DNA of 64,000 nucleotides from NCBI RefSeq assembly GCF_054482595.1, contig NZ_CM137008.1; one strand, 5' to 3'. Shown piece by piece: positions 58,614 to 64,000 of this stretch (position 1 is its first letter; each line of letters starts with the position of its first letter). The notes under the pieces were generated by a model. It saw only the letters and a program-made list of their open reading frames with translations, ran no database searches and was not told where the DNA came from. The position numbers and the translations under genes were made by a program.

Positions 58614-59785
58614 TATTTTTCTTCCTTCTTATCGCCGTGAGCCTTACCTGCGGTGTCAGACGCATTCATTTGCAGATATTTCAACAAGGTGCGTTCTTCA
58701 CGTTTATCGAGGCTGGTAAAGCCAATCATGCCGTTGAGCGTGCCGATCCAACCGTTAGCGTCAAAGTGGGAGATTTCCGGTGCGCCGTGGCACTGGTTAC
58801 AGGTGCCGTTGTACAACGAATCAGCATAAGCCCAGATCGGTTTGATATCGTTCACCATGTCACCTTTCTTCATCCACGCGGTGGCTTGCAACTTGCTCCA
58901 CTCGGTATTGGTGTCGGCTACGGTGGTTTTCTCCAGCGTTTTCACCTGCTGCTGCACATCACCACGAATCGAGGCAACAAAGATGCGCTTACCTGGGAAT
59001 TGGGTGAGTACACGCTGACGTCCGGCGCTTTCTGTCCAGCCGGTAATTTCAATTTGCAGCCAGTCGCCGTCACGTTTAAGGACTTTCACTTCCGAAGCAG
59101 GCAGCAGTGAACCAGACGCTTCTTTATCGCCTTTCGCCGCATAAATTGGCTTAATATCAATAGAGTACAGCGTGTCACCACTGTCATTAGCACTGGCGCG
59201 CAGCTCATCGAACTGCTTACGGAAGCCGCTACTCATATCCGGTAACTGGTGGGCAATACCTTTATGACAGTCGATGCAGGATTGATTATCTTTCGCTGCC
59301 ACCTTCATCTGACGTGCCGCTTCAGGATGCTGCTTCGCATGATCCATCGCGTCGTAGTTATGGCAGGAGCGGCAGGTTGCCGAGTTGTTTTCTTTCATTC
59401 GCGCCCATTCACGCTCGGCAAGTTCCGCGCGTTTGGCTTCGAATTTCTCAGGTGTATCAATGGAGTGGGCAATAAAGGTCTGGTAGATATCGTTGCTCGC
59501 TTCCAGTTTACGCTTCACCATGCCTGGAATATCCGGCGGGATATGACAGTCATGGCATTCAGCTCGCACGCCGGAGGCGTTCTGGAAATGCACCGACTGT
59601 TTATATTCTTCATACACCGGTTGCATACTGTGGCAACTGACACAAAATTCGGTTGTGCTGGTGACTTTGATCCCAACGTGTGGCAATACAATCAGCGCAA
59701 TGCCAATCACAATCCCAATAGCGACCAGCGCCAGTACCGACCAACGAGCACTGGGTCGGCGTAGCGCGTTCCAGAATTTCCGCAT
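58613..59785 (-). CDS. torC: pentahaem c-type cytochrome TorC
   Basis: Start at MRKFWNALRRP; multiple CxxCH motifs (CVSCH, CHDCH, CRSCH, CIDCH, CNQCH). Confidence 0.9.
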   Translation of the reverse strand: MRKFWNALRRPSARWSVLALVAIGIVIGIALIVLPHVGIKVTSTTEFCVSCHSMQPVYEEYKQSVHFQNASGVRAECHDCHIPPDIPGMVKRKLEASNDIYQTFIAHSIDTPEKFEAKRAELAEREWARMKENNSATCRSCHNYDAMDHAKQHPEAARQMKVAAKDNQSCIDCHKGIAHQLPDMSSGFRKQFDELRASANDSGDTLYSIDIKPIYAAKGDKEASGSLLPASEVKVLKRDGDWLQIEITGWTESAGRQRVLTQFPGKRIFVASIRGDVQQQVKTLEKTTVADTNTEWSKLQATAWMKKGDMVNDIKPIWAYADSLYNGTCNQCHGAPEISHFDANGWIGTLNGMIGFTSLDKREERTLLKYLQMNASDTAGKAHGDKKEEK

Positions 59786-59833
59786 AATAGCCCCTGTAAA
59801 ATTATGGTTTAGTGAAGCGATCTTAATGAGCAA

Positions 59834-59896
59834 ATATGAACAGCGGCACTGGTCAGGATGAATGGCTTACGGCAGAATATGAACAGATATGAACAG
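59834..59896. promoter_or_regulatory. tor boxes (TorR binding decamers) in torC-torR intergenic region
   Basis: ATATGAACAG (reverse complement of CTGTTCATAT) at 59834, 59877 and 59887 plus a degenerate copy between. Confidence 0.7.
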
Positions 59897-59914
59897 AATG
59901 AGTAAAACCCTCTG

Positions 59915-60607
59915 ATGCCACATCACATTGTTATTGTTGAAGATGAGCCGGTTACCCAGGCGCGATTACAATCCTACTTCACTCAGGAGGGGTATACCGT
60001 TTCCGTTACGGCGAGCGGTGCCGGGCTACGGGAAATTATGCAGAATCAGCCGGTGGATTTAATTCTGCTGGATATCAACTTGCCCGATGAAAATGGCCTG
60101 ATGTTAACCCGCGCCCTGCGAGAACGCTCAACGGTGGGGATTATTCTGGTTACCGGACGCAGCGATCGGATTGACCGTATTGTTGGGCTGGAAATGGGCG
60201 CAGACGATTACGTCACCAAACCGCTGGAACTGCGCGAACTGGTAGTACGGGTAAAAAATCTGCTCTGGCGAATCGACCTCGCGCGACAAGCTCAACCGTA
60301 CACTCAGGACAACTGCTATCGCTTTGCGGGTTATTGCCTGAATGTGTCGCGCCATACGCTGGAGCGGGATGGCGAGCCGATTAAACTGACCCGCGCAGAG
60401 TATGAAATGTTGGTGGCATTTGTGACCAATCCGGGAGAAATTCTCAGCCGTGAACGTCTGCTGCGTATGCTTTCTGCGCGTCGGGTGGAAAACCCTGACC
60501 TGCGCACCGTCGATGTGTTAATTCGTCGTTTACGCCATAAACTCAGCGCGGATTTACTGGTGACGCAACATGGCGAAGGTTATTTCTTAGCCGCTGATGT
60601 GTGCTGA
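59915..60607 (+). CDS. torR: response regulator TorR
   Basis: 230-aa OmpR-family ORF MPHHIVIVEDEPV. Confidence 0.95.
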   Translation: MPHHIVIVEDEPVTQARLQSYFTQEGYTVSVTASGAGLREIMQNQPVDLILLDINLPDENGLMLTRALRERSTVGIILVTGRSDRIDRIVGLEMGADDYVTKPLELRELVVRVKNLLWRIDLARQAQPYTQDNCYRFAGYCLNVSRHTLERDGEPIKLTRAEYEMLVAFVTNPGEILSRERLLRMLSARRVENPDLRTVDVLIRRLRHKLSADLLVTQHGEGYFLAADVC

Positions 60608-61608
60608 TAAAAATAGACCGGACGAAATCCCCCCGGTGACAGCGAGCGGCGGATATGTTCTCGGTCGGCATTTTTCGGCGTCAGAACTAAAATCGGTGGG
60701 CTGACATTATCAGACACCGATTGCCCCTGTAATTGCCTGATGGCCTGCTCAACTGCCAGTTCCCCCTGCCAGACCATTTGATCGCTGGCAGCCATAATCA
60801 CTCTTCCCCGCTTCAGCCCGCGATACACCTGATGTGAAAGATAAAACGACACCACGGTAAGCGGCGTTTTCAGGTTACGCCCTTCCCCCATTGCCGCCTC
60901 TGCCGCAATGGCCGTTCCGGCAACGACGTCGATTTCTGGATGGCGTTCCAGCATCTCCTGCAACAGGTTACGCTGGATTTCAATATCGTTATCACCAAGC
61001 GCAATATCAACAATACGCACCGGGCTTCCGGCAATGGCTGCGCGAAAACCCTCGACCATCTCCTTACTGCCCCCGGCGTTATCGGGTCCGGGCATCAACA
61101 GCACGTTCAGTGGTTTACCGTGCGCCCATTGCACCAGATATCGCCCAGGTTGATAGCCCATCTGAAACCAGGGTACACCAACGCGGCTTTTCACCTGGGG
61201 AGCATCAATAGCATTTACCAGTTCGATCACCGGCAGACTTGCTACCTGCTTTTGCAGATCGGGAAATGACTTCGTGCTACTACCGAGCAAAATGGCCTCT
61301 GCGCCCCACTGTTTACACTGGTCGATTTGTGCTTGCTGGGTAGCCAACTGGCTGTAGCCGCCTGCCTCCAGCACTTTTAAATCCACACCGTAGCGGCGAG
61401 CAGCCTCCTGCATACCATAGTTCAACGATAACCAGTATGAATCTTTCAGGCTGGGATAAAGCGCGCACAGTTTCCAGGCGCGTTTGGCTTTAAGCGGCAT
61501 AGAGGCTTGCACCGTGAAATGCTGCGCATCATGCCAGCGCAACAGGTTATCAGCCGAAAATGCCGGCAACATGAAAAGGGAAAGAAGTAAAAATAGCAGT
61601 ACGCGCAT
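60580..61608 (-). CDS. torT: periplasmic TMAO-binding protein TorT
   Basis: 342-aa ORF with signal peptide; convergent 28-bp overlap with torR as in K-12. Confidence 0.9.
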   Translation of the reverse strand: MRVLLFLLLSLFMLPAFSADNLLRWHDAQHFTVQASMPLKAKRAWKLCALYPSLKDSYWLSLNYGMQEAARRYGVDLKVLEAGGYSQLATQQAQIDQCKQWGAEAILLGSSTKSFPDLQKQVASLPVIELVNAIDAPQVKSRVGVPWFQMGYQPGRYLVQWAHGKPLNVLLMPGPDNAGGSKEMVEGFRAAIAGSPVRIVDIALGDNDIEIQRNLLQEMLERHPEIDVVAGTAIAAEAAMGEGRNLKTPLTVVSFYLSHQVYRGLKRGRVIMAASDQMVWQGELAVEQAIRQLQGQSVSDNVSPPILVLTPKNADREHIRRSLSPGGFRPVYFYQHTSAAKK

Positions 61609-61827
61609 GATAGCCTCATCAATAATAAGGCTTTATGCTAGATGCATTCCGCTTTGCGACTCAACATTTTTCACCTAAAGGATGACAAAATCACATAAAT
61701 AATTTAAAAATCATAGCATTAGATTACTTAATGATTAAATAATAGACTGCAAAACGCGACAAAACACAACATATCCAGTCACTATGAATCAACTACTTAG
61801 ATGGTATTAGTGACCTGTAACAGAGCA

Positions 61828-61867
61828 TTAGCGCAAGGTGATTTTTGTCTTCTTGCGCTAATTTTTT
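61828..61867 (+). terminator. terminator-like hairpin (10-bp stem, T6 tract)
   Basis: TTAGCGCAAG...CTTGCGCTAA with 14-nt loop followed by TTTTTTG; no obvious upstream plus-strand gene. Confidence 0.4.
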
Positions 61868-62226
61868 GTCATCAAACCTGTCGCACTCCAGAGAAGCGCA
61901 ACGCCTCGCAATCCAGTGCAAAGCTTTGCGTGCCCCCACTACGACCTGCATAACCAGTAAGAAGATAGCAGTGATGTCAAACGACGCAGATGTCTTCTTT
62001 TCTTTCATGACTTCTCCAGCATGCATATCTTTCTGCCATGACTGAAGTGAATGCCTGTTATGAGCGAGGATTGGCCCAGACTTAGATAATGAGAGAGCAC
62101 GGTGCTAATACCCAGACACGTCACCAGCCAGGCAACAACAGATGGGGTCATAGCAACATTTTGGAAGGTATCTTCGTATCATGATGTGGTTAAATAGACA
62201 TAATTTAACCCAATGGAATTTTCGCC

Positions 62227-62829
62227 ATGCTAACCTTCTGGCACGAATATTCAGATCTCATATCCGCATTTTTAGCAGCTCTTTTAGGTGGCTGTTTCAC
62301 GATGATTGGAGTGACAACTCAGGTGAAACAGCAGGCAAAACAGCAGGCAACAGCGGCCAGAGAGAAGCGTATAACAACGCTATTGGGTGTCAGAGAGGAA
62401 ATAGACTCACTGATTAAACTGTATCAGGCCAGAATGGCAGAAGAAATCGAAAAATACGACCGGAACTCACCGTTCGATAACATTTTCCCCATTACTCAAA
62501 ACTACTTCACGTTCTATGAAGCCAACTCGGCATCCCTACCTGAAGTTCATAGAGAAACACTCTCAAAAATTGTGGCTTTTTATACAAGCGCAAGAAGCCT
62601 AATTGATTCCTATCGCGGCAATAATGCGCTTATCGAACGGCTAGACTCCACGCAGGTTGCAAGTGACATTACTGGCAACAAAGAACATCTTGCACACCTG
62701 AAAAGATACACAATCCTAGCCACAGAGTACGGCCGCGGATTAATGATGATTCATGATGAGGTCATGCTCCGCTATAAACAGGTTATAGAAGCCATCGATG
62801 GTGAAATCTCACAGCTACAATGCAGTTAG
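62227..62829 (+). CDS. hypothetical membrane-anchored protein
   Basis: 200-aa ORF; one N-terminal hydrophobic helix (LISAFLAALLGGCFTMIGV) then KQQAKQQ and helical/charged region; weak SD; AT-rich context. Confidence 0.45.
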   Translation: MLTFWHEYSDLISAFLAALLGGCFTMIGVTTQVKQQAKQQATAAREKRITTLLGVREEIDSLIKLYQARMAEEIEKYDRNSPFDNIFPITQNYFTFYEANSASLPEVHRETLSKIVAFYTSARSLIDSYRGNNALIERLDSTQVASDITGNKEHLAHLKRYTILATEYGRGLMMIHDEVMLRYKQVIEAIDGEISQLQCS

Positions 62830-63310
62830 CACTACAACCTGTCCGCATATTGAGCGACACGGTCGGATTTAGTGGGCTGAATGTCCGTTGTGAGCACTTA
62901 ACGGACATTGCTAACCGCCTTCTGAGTGAATTATCAGGGAGTAGGTCAAGATGGGACGTAGAGCACAAATCGTGGACAACATTTTTCGGGCACTTTTTAA
63001 AAATGACTAAACTGGTAAAATTCGATGTTATGAGCTGCGCTTTTAAGGGCCGTTAGTCGCATAGATTGTTAATCTATTCAGCGTTACTCATTCTCCAGAT
63101 TACCAGTTTAAATGGATGCACGGCCACCATGTTAAAATCTAACGCGGCCCTAAAGTCAGAGTGTAATGGGAAATGCAAGAAGTTATTTTCGTGCGCGTTC
63201 ACTGGCGCACCTTGAGCAACCATTTCTCAATGCGTCTTAAAAGAGATGACTTGACTAAATTATGTATGCACTATCTGAATCTGATTTTTTTACTTAAAAG
63301 GGGGTTTTCA

Positions 63311-64000
63311 ATGACAGCAATAGCCTGCTGGCTAAACAGGGAAGAAGGGGAAAGTATCTGGGCCGTAAGCGACTCAAGAATCACCCAGCATGAAAGTGTA
63401 ATGACAAATCACTGTCCTAAACTATTCTCGATTCCGGTATCAGTTATTCGCTCCAATGACATATACCGTCTATCTCCGGAAAAAATTATGGAGTTTGGTT
63501 TCGGCTTTGCAGGAGGAACAATGATCGGTATAAATGTGAAGGAGTTACTTGCCGTATCATTATCTTCATTACATGAAGTTAATTATTATGATGTTCAGCA
63601 GCCGGAGTTGACTTATGATAGTTACCCGAGTCTTTATGAAATTGCAGTTTTAACAAAGGGAATCGCAGAAAAATTTATACTGGATATTGGCCAGTTTTTT
63701 CCCCGTTCTGTAGCAACGGAGATGATTATTTACGGATTCTGTTTCAGAACACAGGTACATAAAATCATTAAGATCTACAACACCCCATCAAACCCCACTA
63801 ATCTTGTAATTGAGGACTGCCTTGACCTGACAACAGGTACCCCGGTAGTCTTGGGAGACAGAAAGCAGCAGTTTCGGGAAGATATTGAGATGACGAGGGG
63901 GCGTTTTGAGAATGGCACACTTAACTGGTGGCGGGCGCCATTTATCGCGTTAAACAACTGGATATCACAGGACACCGTAAATACAATTGGTGGGTATATT
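63311..64000 (+). CDS. hypothetical protein with HslV/proteasome-beta-like N-terminus (partial, runs off window end)
   Basis: Strong SD AAGGGGG 7 bp upstream; open frame to window end (not in ORF track, no stop); MTAIA...WAVSDSRIT and GFGFAGGT resemble HslV MTTIV...IAGDGQAT and AGFAGGTAD. Confidence 0.5.
   Translation, partial: MTAIACWLNREEGESIWAVSDSRITQHESVMTNHCPKLFSIPVSVIRSNDIYRLSPEKIMEFGFGFAGGTMIGINVKELLAVSLSSLHEVNYYDVQQPELTYDSYPSLYEIAVLTKGIAEKFILDIGQFFPRSVATEMIIYGFCFRTQVHKIIKIYNTPSNPTNLVIEDCLDLTTGTPVVLGDRKQQFREDIEMTRGRFENGTLNWWRAPFIALNNWISQDTVNTIGGYI

Noticed and set aside
62820-63056. 78-aa plus-strand ORF overlapping the end of the 200-aa membrane protein gene
   Set aside because: No SD, overlaps a better-supported ORF; probably spurious.
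63211-63310. Promoter-like TTGACT ... TATGTA/TCTGAA upstream of the HslV-like gene
   Set aside because: Spacing between candidate -35 and -10 hexamers does not fit 16-18 bp cleanly; cannot be supported without transcript mapping.

Overview
This window reads as an Escherichia coli-type chromosomal segment, in reverse orientation to the K-12 map, with well-known core genes interrupted by several accessory modules. Core genes in window order: dgcT(ycdT), pgaABCD, phoH, efeBOU, putP/putA, rutR, rutABCDEFG, ymdF, wrbA, yccJ, agp, yccE, cbpA (disrupted by IS2), cbpM, torDAC, torR and torT. Gene identities rest on reading the translated ORFs against recalled K-12 protein sequences; no database search was run. 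Accessory content not explained by the K-12 layout: (1) at 68-7602, a two-partner secretion pair (filamentous-haemagglutinin-like TpsA plus ShlB/FhaC-like TpsB) tightly followed on the same strand by a holo-ACP synthase, a FabG-like reductase, a FabZ-like dehydratase and a stand-alone ACP; the cluster may continue beyond the window start. (2) A 1.4 kb AT-rich non-coding region with a perfect 16-bp inverted repeat. (3) A chaperone-usher fimbrial operon with its own putative regulator. (4) A ToxR/CadC-like membrane regulator with a small partner and an extra CSS-EAL c-di-GMP phosphodiesterase beside dgcT-pga. (5) A roughly 2 kb insertion between efeU and putP encoding a 447-aa protein with three tandem ~62-aa repeats. 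(6) IS2 inserted in cbpA with a 5-bp target duplication. (7) torS missing from its expected place next to torT, replaced by AT-rich DNA encoding a small membrane protein and a protein with an HslV/proteasome-beta-like N-terminus that runs off the window end. YccE carries a Cys/His-x-Asp arrangement compatible with an OTU-like cysteine protease. No CRISPR array, tRNA or rRNA was recognised.
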